A DNA stretch of 64,000 nucleotides from Amoebophrya sp. A120 (taxonomy: Eukaryota > Protista > Dinoflagellata). Below the pieces are notes generated by a model that saw only the letters and a program-made list of their open reading frames with translations, was not told where the DNA came from and did not search any database. The position numbers and the translations under genes were made by a program. Location: positions 1 through 64,000 of the forward strand of contig CAJINV010000028.1 in NCBI GenBank assembly GCA_905178155.1, written 5' to 3'. Positions 48,132 to 59,859 of the stretch are shown one piece after another; position 1 is the first letter of the stretch, and every line of letters begins with the position of its first letter.

Positions 48132-49549
48132 TTACATTTCCATAGCAAAGTCTTCCTCCTCTTCCATGTTTAAAAACTCCTCCGCCTCATCGTCATAGTT
48201 TTCCGACTCCTCATATTCGTACTCCATTTCGACGTCCTCTTCCAGAACCTCCCCATCCTCCTCGTACTCGTCGTCGGCATCGACATGCTCACCCACCTCC
48301 TCGTGATACTGCTCGCCCCCTTCTACATCGACATTCTCCTCCACCAGTTGCCTCTCGTCAAAACCGGACGAGACCTCCGCAGCAAGAGCTTCCGGAGCAT
48401 CGGCGAAGTTGTTGCCATTGCCACCACCGCCTATCGAAAAGTTGTCCGTGTTGAAGGTACCGGAAGTGCTTGGGCTTGTAGAGGCGGTGGTCGCCGGGGT
48501 TTGGGGCGCGAACATCTGCTGGTCCAGCATTCCCTCTTTCGAGCGGAACACCTGGTTCGGGAAAATCACACCTTCATCCAACCACTTGTGCAAGCACGGA
48601 CGGCAGTGCAAGTCCTTAAAAATGACCTCCGAGCAGTAGCGGGCCTGCAACACATCCTCGTCATCGGATTCCTCTTCGGAGGACATTTTTTCCTCGTTTT
48701 CCGCAGACAGTTCCCCGTCGGTGTCGTTTTCGGAACGGTTGTCGCCATTGTTCTGTTGATCGTCGTTTGCATCATCCGCATTTTGTTGTACCTGTTGCTG
48801 ATGTCCACGTCCAGCAGCAGCAACGCCCAGGTCAATATCATTTTGTGCTCCATAATTGTCGTTTCTTCTTCTTCTTCTTCTTTCGATTCCCTCCTCCATC
48901 ATCCGCACAACCCGCACCAGCGTGGGTCGCCTTTGCATTGCAAAAGTATCGTACTAGTATAAATTGCATTACAAATTTTTCCAAAAGGAAAAAGGGAATT
49001 TGTAATGCTGATTCAGCTAAAAAGAGAGATTTGTGATGCATGACTGCAATTACTACGAGTGCGATACTTTTGCACAGGATATCGACCGTGCTCCAGCAAG
49101 CCGAATTGTATCAGACATCTCTTCCGCCAGTCTGGGGGGGTATACGGTGCAAAAGTATCGTTATCGTATTCGTTTTCGTACAAGAAGTAGAAACCGCATG
49201 ACAAATTTCCTCAGCATGAGAAATGGAATTTGTAATGCGGATTTACATTGAGAAAGAAATCTGTAATGCATGACTGCGATAGTACAACTTTTGCAATGCA
49301 TAACGGTTCAGCTTCAGCAAAACGTCGTACTCCTCGACCTCGTCCAACCGTCCCAGTCTCCGGTTCCTCCCCGAACAAATCGTCACTGTGCATCGCGTTT
49401 TTATTCGGTTGAGTCGCCTTTGCTCCTCTTCCCTTCTCTTTTGTCGCTCTTCTGCTTCCCGTTCTTGCCGCATCATATCCGAACAACCGTACCGCTGCTC
49501 TTCCGGGGACAGTTTGAGCCAATCTTCGTGAAATCGTCCTCTTCCCTTT
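48132..49549 (-). CDS. 3' part of the host gene targeted by the cassette array (acidic, low-complexity protein)
   Basis: The frame KGRGRFHED-WLKLSPEEQRYG...LKLN continues over two introners (PPDWRK...EHGR-PTLVRV) into the 268-aa acidic ORF. The first junction is not resolved to the base. Confidence 0.65.
48932..49081. mobile_element. Introner family 2
   Basis: tttgcattgcaaaagtatcg ... cgatacttttgcacaggata; flanks TCGCC/TCGAC. Confidence 0.9.
49141..49302. mobile_element. Introner family 2
   Basis: tatacggtgcaaaagtatcg ... caacttttgcaatgcata; no clean TSD. Confidence 0.8.
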
Positions 49550-52500
49550 TCACACAGCACAGGATGTGATGATAAATAATTTATGTCACAGCTGACATCC
49601 CGCCTCACAGCTGACATCCCGCCCTCCTCCTTCGCGCGGAAATTCCTCAAGCACCACGGCCTCCTGACGGTGAACGCGGTTGCGTCAGCAAATTTCGACA
49701 AAAGTAAGTTGTTCCAGGCGCTGACCCCGTTGGCGCAGAGTGAGGTGAGGCAGTTGATCCTAGCCTATTATATATTTTGTTACTATTCTCGTGTACAACT
49801 ACAACGCTAGATATTGATATTTCTTGTTATGCTGATCGATAGTTGATCCGTATCCAACTAGCGCTTATGCTGAGTACGCCTCTGCGCAGAATCTGGGTGC
49901 TGCTTGCTGCAGCAGAAATTTATTACAAGTAGTAACGCGCTGATGAATATGAGTTGTGTTATCTTTGAAGTTAAGTGCCTATCTGTAAAATTATGTGGAC
50001 CTAACAAGACCAAGACCCAACAAAGAATACGATCCAGGTAGAACAAAATACAAAATGTTTACTGACCTACTCAAGGTCGTACGTGGTTAGCTTGGGGGTA
50101 TCTTTATCTTCTTATTCTTTAGCCATTGAGGCTACTCCTGTTCGTGTCATGAGGTGCATGCCATGCATCTTATCCTCATCATCATCTCCATCTTCAGTAT
50201 GTGACCACCATCACATTTCCATCTTTCACTATCGTGCTATCTACTTTGGATCGTTCGTATTGGATCTTGGGGCATGTGCTGAGTGCATTGCAATAAATTA
50301 GTAAGTTGCCTGAGTGAGAAGTGAAAGTAAACTGCACGCGCATCCACATAAAGTGCTACGCATAAGAGTAACATACATCATGGACGATATCACATGACAA
50401 AGCCATTGACTGGGAACATAATCGTGTGAGATTCTGAGTGACCAAATGCGCAGACCTAGCGCTGCCACCTTTGGTGAGACCAGCACGAAGCAGCGTGTAG
50501 CGAAACTCACTGTTTTCAAAGCTCTGGTCGGTGCGGTTAAATGCTCTGCCACACAAGTCGCAGTTGTCTCGCGCTAAGAATTCAAGGTCTTGTTTTTTTT
50601 TTAGTTTATTCTCTCTCATGTCGCTGTCGGTGTCCGCATGCACATGGATATTTAGCGCGCGCGTAGCTCTCGGTCCATCGTTACATCGCGTCCTTCCGGC
50701 ACGTGACCAAGCTGAAGATGCAAATCGGTGGCGGACTTCGGTCGATGTGTGATTCGGTGTTTCTCCTTTCGTTTCTTGGGGTTTGGACTTGTGTCACTGT
50801 TGTTTTTTCCTGGGGTACTGTTTGCATCTTCGCCTCCGGATATATGACTGGGATTAATTAGACACTCACGTAAGTAGCACTCCCTTACTTGTAGCCACTA
50901 ATTATTACATTGATTCCTAGTCTCGTCCTGTAATGAGACTCCGCTGAGCCAATCTTCGTGAAATCGTCCTCTTCCCTTTAAATGCACAGATGAATGAATA
51001 AAGAGGCTAGAATGCGAATGAGATGAAATGAAGCCTAATAAGTACTAGATGAATGCGTGGAGACAAAAAACGTAAGAAATAGTAGGACTGAGTGAGAATC
51101 TGAAACGTAGGATCTGTCTTACAGTAAGAGAGTGAGCTTCGATCTTGTCGCAGAGTGTTACAAGCATCGCTGGTCATCTCTTGCCTCGACACAAAACTTC
51201 TGAAACACAAAGTCGAACTTGTAAAGTACTACTAAATCTAAATCCAGACTACGAAATAAGCATGACAAATTGATTGCGAGTGAAACTTACTGAGAAAGAA
51301 CCTAATACGACGTCTATCTAGCATGATAAATTTTGTGTGCTTAAAACGCGCTCTGTTTCTGAATTTAAATCCAGTGGTCTAACCTACATCTACGAGCACA
51401 TCCTGACAACAGAAGTCAGCTCTTCTTCCCAGAACGCTTCTCCTCTTCTCGTTGTGGGCTGCCCGCAACCGCTGCGGAGCTCTCGGTCTCGTACTACTCC
51501 TGGCGTCTACGCACTCGATCCCGAGTGTGCGCAACTTCTGCTGGCGATTTCTACTTTTGCTGCGCCGTCTTCCCCGCCTGCCCGATGGCAAGCGCCTAGC
51601 ACTACTGCTGGGCCTCTTTCTTCGTCTTCTTCGCCGGTTTCCGCGGTGGTGCTTGCTGCCTTGCTGGTCTGGTCTGCTTCCGGTGCTGGTGGCCATATGT
51701 TTTCATGCTTCTACTACAAAAACATATCTAGCGCGGCCCTTGTTCCTCTGCCTTCTTTTCTTTGTTCGCGTAGCTTTTCCCAGTCTTTGGGCGTAGTCCT
51801 GCTGTCAGCAAATTCGACGGGTTGCGCTTTAGTCCGGCGCGGTCCTCGAATCTTGCAACAATCTGGGCACTATCTTTCGCTTCGCTTTTCGTCCTTTCCT
51901 AGCCTAGTAGTGCGACCCAGTCCCTTTGTAGTTGCTTCTTGCCGAGCATCTACACAAGGCGTCTAGTTCTAGCACTACTGCAAGCTTGTCGGTTTCCTGC
52001 GTAAAACCTTCTTTGTGACGTAGAAAGTTTTCACGCCAGGCAACCTAGACAATTTCTAAACGATCCAACTGCTGAGGATTCAGATTTTACGACCCAACTA
52101 CGCGGCAGTTGGGCTCATAACTCTGTTGGGAAATAGTCCCAATCCTGTTTGGCAGTGGTCGTTGGATCCAGTTGGAGTGAACACAGGGCGTGTTCCAAGT
52201 CTAATCTCCATGAGCGGAGAGTATCTATCTACGATGGCACGGCGTCAATTTCTAGTCTCTATTCAGTAACAAGTAGCCATCTTGGCCCTGTCTAGTGTGT
52301 TCGTGTGTTCATGTGAGTGCTGTGCATCTATTTCCCTATCTAGTGACCTAAGCATTTTTGATTTTCCATGAACCTAGCTACTTGGCACGATTTTCCTACC
52401 TATTTTGTAGGCCTATGATCATTATGAGTTCTTGTACGATTTGGATCCACGACATCAGTAGGATTGGGGATTTTACCGATCCAAACACGCTGCTCTTCCG

Positions 52501-53014
52501 GGGACAGGTAATCTTCGTGAAATCGTCCTCTTCCCTTTTACGCAACACAGAATGTGATGATAAATAATTTGCCTCGAAATCCTATGGCACCCGATGCAAG
52601 TTGTAGCTGTAGCTGACTGATGTTGATAGTGTGTGTTGCCCGCTGCTGATGCTTGGGCCAGGAGTGCAGAGACCCTTAAGCTCCTGATGGTGCTGAAGCT
52701 TGTTCTTTTCTCTCGTGAGTCGTATTTTCGTCGATGAAGCATGACGAATGATAGTCTGCTTCTATCGTACATCGCTCGACTGATGTCGTCAAATCGTTAT
52801 TGCCATCGTTGAAATGAAACTACACTCGCTGGTCGTTGTCGTTGCTTGAGTGAGCCGATGTGTAAAGCATACTTGGGTTGCAAAAGATGAGCGCTGACAG
52901 AAATTACATCAGAAATAGTTGCTATCTGTTACAGTTGCTGATAGTTTAAAGCTACTAGTACGCATTCTCCTTTTGAAGTTGGTTTTGAATCTGTACGTGC
53001 TGAGCAAAAGCAAG

Positions 53015-53887
53015 ATGTCCTCCTCCGCACCGTTTAAAGGCGTGATAAAGTCCGTTTCTTTGAAGAAGGACTACACCACGAACTGCAACGTCAAGCTGTG
53101 GCAGCAGTACAAGCAGGGGAGTGGTTTGATGGATGCAGTGATCACGGTGGACGCGCTGACTGACTACGCTGAGTTCCTCGTTAGCAAACCGTATGCGTCA
53201 GCACTGAACTACCTCAGTGCGGCGGTAGGTTACGAGGCTAGCAGATCCCGACTTGAAGAATCGGTGCACTTCGAGCGCCGATTCAAACAGCTGAAAAACT
53301 CCGTCGTGAAGGAGTTGAGTGGAGTTTTGCCCACGCAGGCGCGCGTCTTCTGTGTGAGGGAGCTGGTGCGGCTCCCGCAGCCGATGCGTACGATTCTGGT
53401 GCTCCCGATCTACCTGGGGTGGCGTGATGCATCACTGCGCGAGGCCACCAATGCTGATGTCGAGCTGGTTGGTGGCCAGCTCTTAGTCCATTGCGGGAAG
53501 GACAAGGTGAAGAAAAGCGCAGGAAGAACGGTAGCCGTCCCCTGCTGCTGCTCCCCGGCGTTCAAAAACGTCCTTTGCCCGATACATGGGCCTAGCTGGA
53601 ACCTGAGCGTGGACGATGCAGACAGGGCGGAAGCGTTGCGGTCTTGCAATGCCCAGCTCTCCCGCCACTCCTTTAGGAGGACGCTGGCAGTGCATGTCCG
53701 CCTGCACCTACATGATTCCGGGCTGGAATGGGATTCCCTTCCGGCGGTGCAAAAGGCGAAAATAAATCGCCACTTCGGTTGGGGCCAAGGCAGCGTGATG
53801 TTCTGCCGGTACTCTGGCGACTACCTGAACTACGAGCAGGACCTGCGGCTCCCATTGGGCCGCATGATGGAAAGCTTCAGCCAATGA
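53015..53887 (+). CDS. Tyrosine recombinase (phage-integrase superfamily; DIRS/Crypton-like), 290 aa
   Basis: Ordered catalytic signature: LGWR (R), KDK (K), HSFRR (HxxR), HFGW (H/W), MFCRY (Y). First ATG at 53015; no introns. Confidence 0.88.
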   Translation: MSSSAPFKGVIKSVSLKKDYTTNCNVKLWQQYKQGSGLMDAVITVDALTDYAEFLVSKPYASALNYLSAAVGYEASRSRLEESVHFERRFKQLKNSVVKELSGVLPTQARVFCVRELVRLPQPMRTILVLPIYLGWRDASLREATNADVELVGGQLLVHCGKDKVKKSAGRTVAVPCCCSPAFKNVLCPIHGPSWNLSVDDADRAEALRSCNAQLSRHSFRRTLAVHVRLHLHDSGLEWDSLPAVQKAKINRHFGWGQGSVMFCRYSGDYLNYEQDLRLPLGRMMESFSQ

Positions 53888-54759
53888 CGCAGGAGGTGTG
53901 TTGCGTGCAGATGGTTCGTCCGGGGTGGCCGGGTTGTGCAGTTGGTGGCGTGCTGCTATGCGCTGGCGAGGTCACGGGACCCACAGCGTGTAGATTGGAT
54001 GTGACGCTACCGAGGGCACAGCCCCCCCCATGTTGAACGATGATGGTGATCTGATTCCTACAGTGTTGAAAGAAAGTTTTTCTTGTGTAAGTACGATGCT
54101 GCTGTGTGCCTCTGTCGCTTCGCTTTCGGTTGCTAGTTCTACTGACACACCAACGCTGACTGCGCTATACCTTAAAAGTCTGTCATGAAAGTTGCTTTGT
54201 TCGACTACATTTTTCGGTTGCCTTGTGTATACGCTGTTTTTTTTGGGAAGCGGGACGCATCGGATAAGTCATGCGAAGGAGCGCCTCCTCTGGTAAGGGC
54301 GGCGGGAAAGCCTCCCGCCAATCTTCGTGAAATCGTCCTCTTCCCTTTAAGTGCAACACAGAATGTGATGATAAATAATTTGCCTCGAAATCCTATGGCA
54401 CCCGATGCGTGATGCTAGTGCCGTGCTGTCTTGCTGCTCTGTGTGGGCCAGGAGTGAAGAAGACCCTAAAGCTCCCGCTGGTGCTGGTGCAAAATTTTTG
54501 ATTTGTTCCTACTAAAAATCCGTTGTCACTGTCGTTGAAGCCTGTTGATCGTTTGTTGTCGTATGCCATGCTGTCGTTGCCATCGCAGTCGTGTCACACT
54601 TCGCATTATCGTCGTCTAAGTAAGAGAGATGATGAGGCTGAGTGATGAGTAGTTGTCCGTGCAAATCGTGAAGTGTCGATGTTTCACTAGTTATGGACAT
54701 AGTTACTGATGCTACCTGAATCTGTGGTCTAAAAGTCTTCTACTAGAGTTGAGAAAAGG

Positions 54760-55020
54760 ATGTCGTTTAAAGGCGTCCAAAAGTCTGTGTCCTTGCGAAA
54801 GGACTACAGCAGCAACTGCAACGTGAAGCTGTGGCTGCAGTTCAAGACCGATTTTGGGATCACTGACGGTGCCACCATTACGGTGGATGAGCTGACGGAC
54901 TTTGCTGAATTCTTGGTTTCCAAGCCCTACGCATCCGCTGCGAACTACCTCGGCGCCGCTGTTGGCTACGAGGCAAGCAGGAGCAAGCTGCAGGAATCGG
55001 TGCACTTCGAGCGGAGCTGA
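54760..55020 (+). CDS. Truncated paralogue of the recombinase (N-terminal 86 aa only, no catalytic domain)
   Basis: Aligns by eye with the recombinase from FKGV to ESVHFER, with many synonymous changes, then TGA. Confidence 0.75.
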   Translation: MSFKGVQKSVSLRKDYSSNCNVKLWLQFKTDFGITDGATITVDELTDFAEFLVSKPYASAANYLGAAVGYEASRSKLQESVHFERS

Positions 55021-55025
55021 GCGGC

Positions 55026-55745
55026 TTGTTGTCGCGGAACGAGTGCGAGAAGTTCCTGAACCACGTGCGGCTGTATGACTCCTCGGACTGCATTTGGTGC
55101 CTGCAGACGATGTTCCAGGTGTTTTTCAAGCAGTACTCTGCGACCTGCGACAAGTCTCCGGAGTATTTCATGGCGATGTTCAACAACCAGATGCAGCAGC
55201 GGTTGTTGAAAAAGATGAACGCTGGGACTTCCACCACCCCCGGTGCCGGTGCTGGCTCGAAGAACCAGAATCGTGGAAACCACGTTTCTGGTTCCAGGGA
55301 TTTGGTGCCCCGTTCGGATACGGCCAGCAGGTGCAGGCCCCGACTGCCAGCGCCGCCCAGATGCAGTCCCCGCAGCCGTTTAGCGGTGCCCCGACCGGAC
55401 CGAAGACCTACCTCTTCTTGCCCAAGGGCATCTGCCACAAGGAGGTGAAGGTATTACCCCCTCCCCTGTGTTGCTGATGAATGAAGATGTTGATAAAGAT
55501 GTTTGTAGATGATTATCAGGTGACGCAGCGATGAGATTCTTTAGTTGACCATGCAGATGTATGATGTTGCTGCTACTTCTTCTTGCTTAAAAGACTGACC
55601 TCTGTGACCTAGTGCGATCATCTACCAATTACAATCCCAGGATGGCCAGTGCCCGGACCGCCAGAACTGCAAGCACAAGCACAAGGGTGATGACGGGTAC
55701 CCAGATGCTGAAGTCGCCGCTGCACTGGCGCGGCGATCTTCGTGA
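55026..55745 (+). pseudogene. Frameshifted coding relic, possibly gag-like
   Basis: A helical-looking ORF, a Q/P/G-rich linker, and GQCPDRQNCKHKH (partial CCCH-like) at about 55645-55685 in a third frame. Confidence 0.35.
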
Positions 55746-55763
55746 AATCGTCCTCTTCCCTTT

Positions 55764-56900
55764 AAATGCAAATTCCTCGCTTTTTCCTCCATCCGCAGCC
55801 GTCGCTGGTAGGCACGCTCATCCTCGGACTGATCACAGTCGGAGGTGTCAGAGACCGCCGGGCCGCCGCGGGGCAGATCGAAATCTCTGCTTGGTGAAGA
55901 CGACATGATCTTGTTAGGGGTAAGAAAATGATCTACGACCCTTTTTCAAACGGTATTGGAACGGTTTAGGTAACAAGAGCGCGCCTTGAAGAAGAGACGA
56001 AATCTTATTATTAAAGTTGATTTCTTCCGAGGTGATCTTCTGCTAGTACCGTAGCATTGGCATTGCAGATCTTCAAAAATGACATTCAAGAACGCTCTTT
56101 CTTGACTGCTACTACTGTTGCGGCACTGGTTTTTTCAAGAAGAATGGTGTTGCTCGATATTAGGATGATGCTGATGATCTGATTATGATTTCGTAGTGAT
56201 GGATCCTCAGCGTCAGCGGGGCGTAAAAGGTGGGTAGGAATTCGAATTGTCAGTCGTGGTTTTTCAACAAGTTCACCCCTGTTGATCGGTGTTCCAAAAG
56301 TTGAAATAGCGTCTCCGTCTCAGGATAGAAAAAGTGTTCCGAAGATGATATCAGAATGGTTTTCTACGACACACGTACGATCTACACAAATCTGGAAGCG
56401 GTCAACGGCAGCATGATGAACATGGTGCACGTGTTCCAGCTTCTTTCTTATCTGCATGCATCTGTGGTATTGAATAGTGTCGGTTTATTTTGGACGAACA
56501 CGAAGAGCTTCATCGGGATCCTGTCAAGCTGCAGACGAAATGGCAACAATAGCAAAGCTTCATACAACAAGGAGCTGCAGTTACGAGAATGATTTCTATC
56601 TAGCATGATCGTATACCTGCGTAGAAGGTAAATGGATCGATCTGTCTCGTCGTACTTGCTTTGTTGACTTCTACCTCCGTCGTGTGATCTTCTACCAGTA
56701 TCGTAGCCTGGATCATCTTGGAGGACGACCTTCAGAGGCACATGTAGCAGAACCACGGATGAAGCAACAATCAACTGACGGATCTCATTCTCACGTGCGA
56801 AACTGCATAACGACATTGCGATTGGAGATGACGTCGAAATTCAAGAGTTTGCGTCGAATTCGAAAAACGTAAAGGTTGGTTAATTTAAATTCAAAAGCTC
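55764..56900. repeat. Cassette E: diverged duplicate of host flank 61736-62879, including the 5' end of the target gene
   Basis: Colinear, with scattered SNPs and indels; similarity stops after ...attcaaaagctc. Confidence 0.9.
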
Positions 56901-58986
56901 TCTCGCTCTCTCGCGACTCTCCCGACCTCGCGACTCTCCTGAGCCAATCTTCGTGAAATCGTCCTCTTCCCTTTAAGTGGACGTGTCAACGTCAAGGACT
57001 GTCGCATGAGCGATTACATGCCGTCCTACCAGAGAGAACACTACTAAGCTAACTAGGTACCCTCATGGTACTACGGAGTTATGGATGTGATTCATACTAC
57101 GGGCTTCATACCTGAAGCCATTCTGGCACTGTGTTCCATTGGTATCCATTGCCATGGTTGTAGTGTGTCCCTGTGTGTGGATCCTAGTGGTGTGATCCTA
57201 CTCATGATCCTACTGCTGATCCTCTAGACCCATCTATATTCTAGGTTTGTCATGCGCAAAATCGAGAAAGAACCTCGACCAACTGCCTCTGGTGCCCTTT
57301 TTCAAAATAGTCGCATGCTGATACTAGCACTCGCGAACCGAATTTCTAGGGATAAGGCTACCAGGCTACTCGAGGAAATGCACCCCAGCGCAGAAGACAA
57401 ATCAGAAAGGAGGAAATATAGCCTCTAATACTCCCAATGTCTGAAAATAAATCTGAGTCCTTCGCTTCAAAGCGGAATGCAACCTCTACCCAGAAACTGC
57501 TAGAACCTGCAAAGGGGTTCATCAGCATCGCGCGAAAATTTCCGGTAAGGTCCTGAGCAGACATCCTCCAATAAAACCCAGCAAATGCAACAAATCTCCT
57601 CCGTGGTTCAAGCGACTACGCGCAGCTTCCACATCGGAAAAGTTACCACATTGGCCCCAAGGACAAAAGCATACGGACTGGGGGGTCTTCCTGTATTGAC
57701 CTGGTCCAAGTTCCAAAGCTAATGTCTGCCTGCATTTTCAGCTGCTGATAAACAAATCAGAGCGGCGGCGGATAGATCAAAACAACAGAAGAACTGCAAT
57801 GCTTTCCGCGTCCAGAAAGCTTTGCGATTCCTGTGCGGCTTTCCTAGCGAGGTCAACAGCCTCGCCGGCTTTCAGACTCGTACAAGCTCAAAGCTTTCAG
57901 TCGACCACTGGTCCCAGTCTCGGTCTAATTCGACTTCTTTTCTAAGTACATTCGACACACGCACGCGGCGTTTCCTGCTACCACGCAAGATTTCTTTGAG
58001 GAGGCATTAGATAGCGAGAGCACAAAACCGCTCCACTTGTCTCAGCACGACTTACACCCGAGAAGTTTCTTCACTTTCATTATTCTAGCGACCGCAGGGA
58101 GGGATTGGCGTTCGATAGTGGCAACACTATCTTCACAAGCCATTTCTTTCCTTATCCTCGCCAACAGCAACCGCTCCCAAGCCTAGGCTTGGCGCGCTGC
58201 GTGGCGCCTTCGCCTTAGCCAAAAGCCGTAGGAACTTCCAACCAGCAACAGACTCAGTTGCGGTGTAGTTCTGGCCTAAAGAAGCCTCTTCTTCTATCGA
58301 CAAAAGCAGTTGATCCCAAATGGTCGACCGACCTCTTTTTCTACACAATTACAGCAGACAGCTGCCAATGAGGAAGCTAGTCCTTCTGTCTCAACCTCAA
58401 AACCTCAGTCGCCTTTTTCCTGAAAGGCGTTCTCGTGGACCCCGACTGCATTCCCGGGAGCTGCTCCTTCGGGCAATCGAGCCAATCTTCGTGAAATCGT
58501 CCTCTTCCCTTTTACGCAACACAGAATGTGATGATAAATAATTTCCTCGTATCCTTTGGTTCCCGATGCAAGTTGTAGCTGTAGCTGACTGATGTTGATA
58601 GTGTGTGTTGCCCGCTGCTGATGCTTGGGCCAGGAGTGCAGAGACCCTTAAGCTCCTGATGGTGCTGAAGCTTGTTCTTTTCTCTCGTGAGTCGTATTTT
58701 CGTCGATGAAGCATGACGAATGATAGTCTGCTTCTATCGTACATCGCTCGACTGATGTCGTCAAATCGTTATTGCCATCGTTGAAATGAAACTACACTCG
58801 CTGGTCGTTGTCGTTGCTTGAGTGAGCCGATGTGTAAAGCATACTTGGGTTGCAAAAGATGAGCGCTGACAGAAATTACATCAGAAATAGTTGCTATCTG
58901 TTACAGTTGCTGATAGTTTAAAGCTACTAGTACGCATTCTCCTTTTGAAGTTGGTTTTGAATCTGTACGTGCTGAGCAAAAGCAAG

Positions 58987-59859
58987 ATGTCCTCCTCCGC
59001 ACCGTTTAAAGGCGTGATAAAGTCCGTTTCTTTGAAGAAGGACTACACCACGAACTGCAACGTCAAGCTGTGGCAGCAGTACAAGCAGGGGAGTGGTTTG
59101 ATGGATGCAGTGATCACGGTGGACGCGCTGACTGACTACGCTGAGTTCCTCGTTAGCAAACCGTATGCGTCAGCACTGAACTACCTCAGTGCGGCGGTAG
59201 GTTACGAGGCTAGCAGATCCCGACTTGAAGAATCGGTGCACTTCGAGCGCCGATTCAAACAGCTGAAAAACTCCGTCGTGAAGGAGTTGAGTGGAGTTTT
59301 GCCCACGCAGGCGCGCGTCTTCTGTGTGAGGGAGCTGGTGCGGCTCCCGCAGCCGATGCGTACGATTCTGGTGCTCCCGATCTACCTGGGGTGGCGTGAT
59401 GCATCACTGCGCGAGGCCACCAATGCTGATGTCGAGCTGGTTGGTGGCCAGCTCTTAGTCCATTGCGGGAAGGACAAGGTGAAGAAAAGCGCAGGAAGAA
59501 CGGTAGCCGTCCCCTGCTGCTGCTCCCCGGCGTTCAAAAACGTCCTTTGCCCGATACATGGGCCTAGCTGGAACCTGAGCGTGGACGATGCAGACAGGGC
59601 GGAAGCGTTGCGGTCTTGCAATGCCCAGCTCTCCCGCCACTCCTTTAGGAGGACGCTGGCAGTGCATGTCCGCCTGCACCTACATGATTCCGGGCTGGAA
59701 TGGGATTCCCTTCCGGCGGTGCAAAAGGCGAAAATAAATCGCCACTTCGGTTGGGGCCAAGGCAGCGTGATGTTCTGCCGGTACTCTGGCGACTACCTGA
59801 ACTACGAGCAGGACCTGCGGCTCCCATTGGGCCGCATGATGGAAAGCTTCAGCCAATGA
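58987..59859 (+). CDS. Tyrosine recombinase, second copy
   Basis: Protein identical to 53015-53887; offset 5972 bp. Confidence 0.88.
   Translation: MSSSAPFKGVIKSVSLKKDYTTNCNVKLWQQYKQGSGLMDAVITVDALTDYAEFLVSKPYASALNYLSAAVGYEASRSRLEESVHFERRFKQLKNSVVKELSGVLPTQARVFCVRELVRLPQPMRTILVLPIYLGWRDASLREATNADVELVGGQLLVHCGKDKVKKSAGRTVAVPCCCSPAFKNVLCPIHGPSWNLSVDDADRAEALRSCNAQLSRHSFRRTLAVHVRLHLHDSGLEWDSLPAVQKAKINRHFGWGQGSVMFCRYSGDYLNYEQDLRLPLGRMMESFSQ

Noticed and set aside
49522-49549. loxP/dif-like dyad symmetry in the 28-bp site
   Set aside because: Only a short imperfect palindrome (ttc-gt-gaa) is present; binding arms cannot be assigned by eye.
52919-53014. TTG start giving a 322-aa recombinase
   Set aside because: The context is eukaryotic, and homology with the paralogue begins just after the ATG at 53015.
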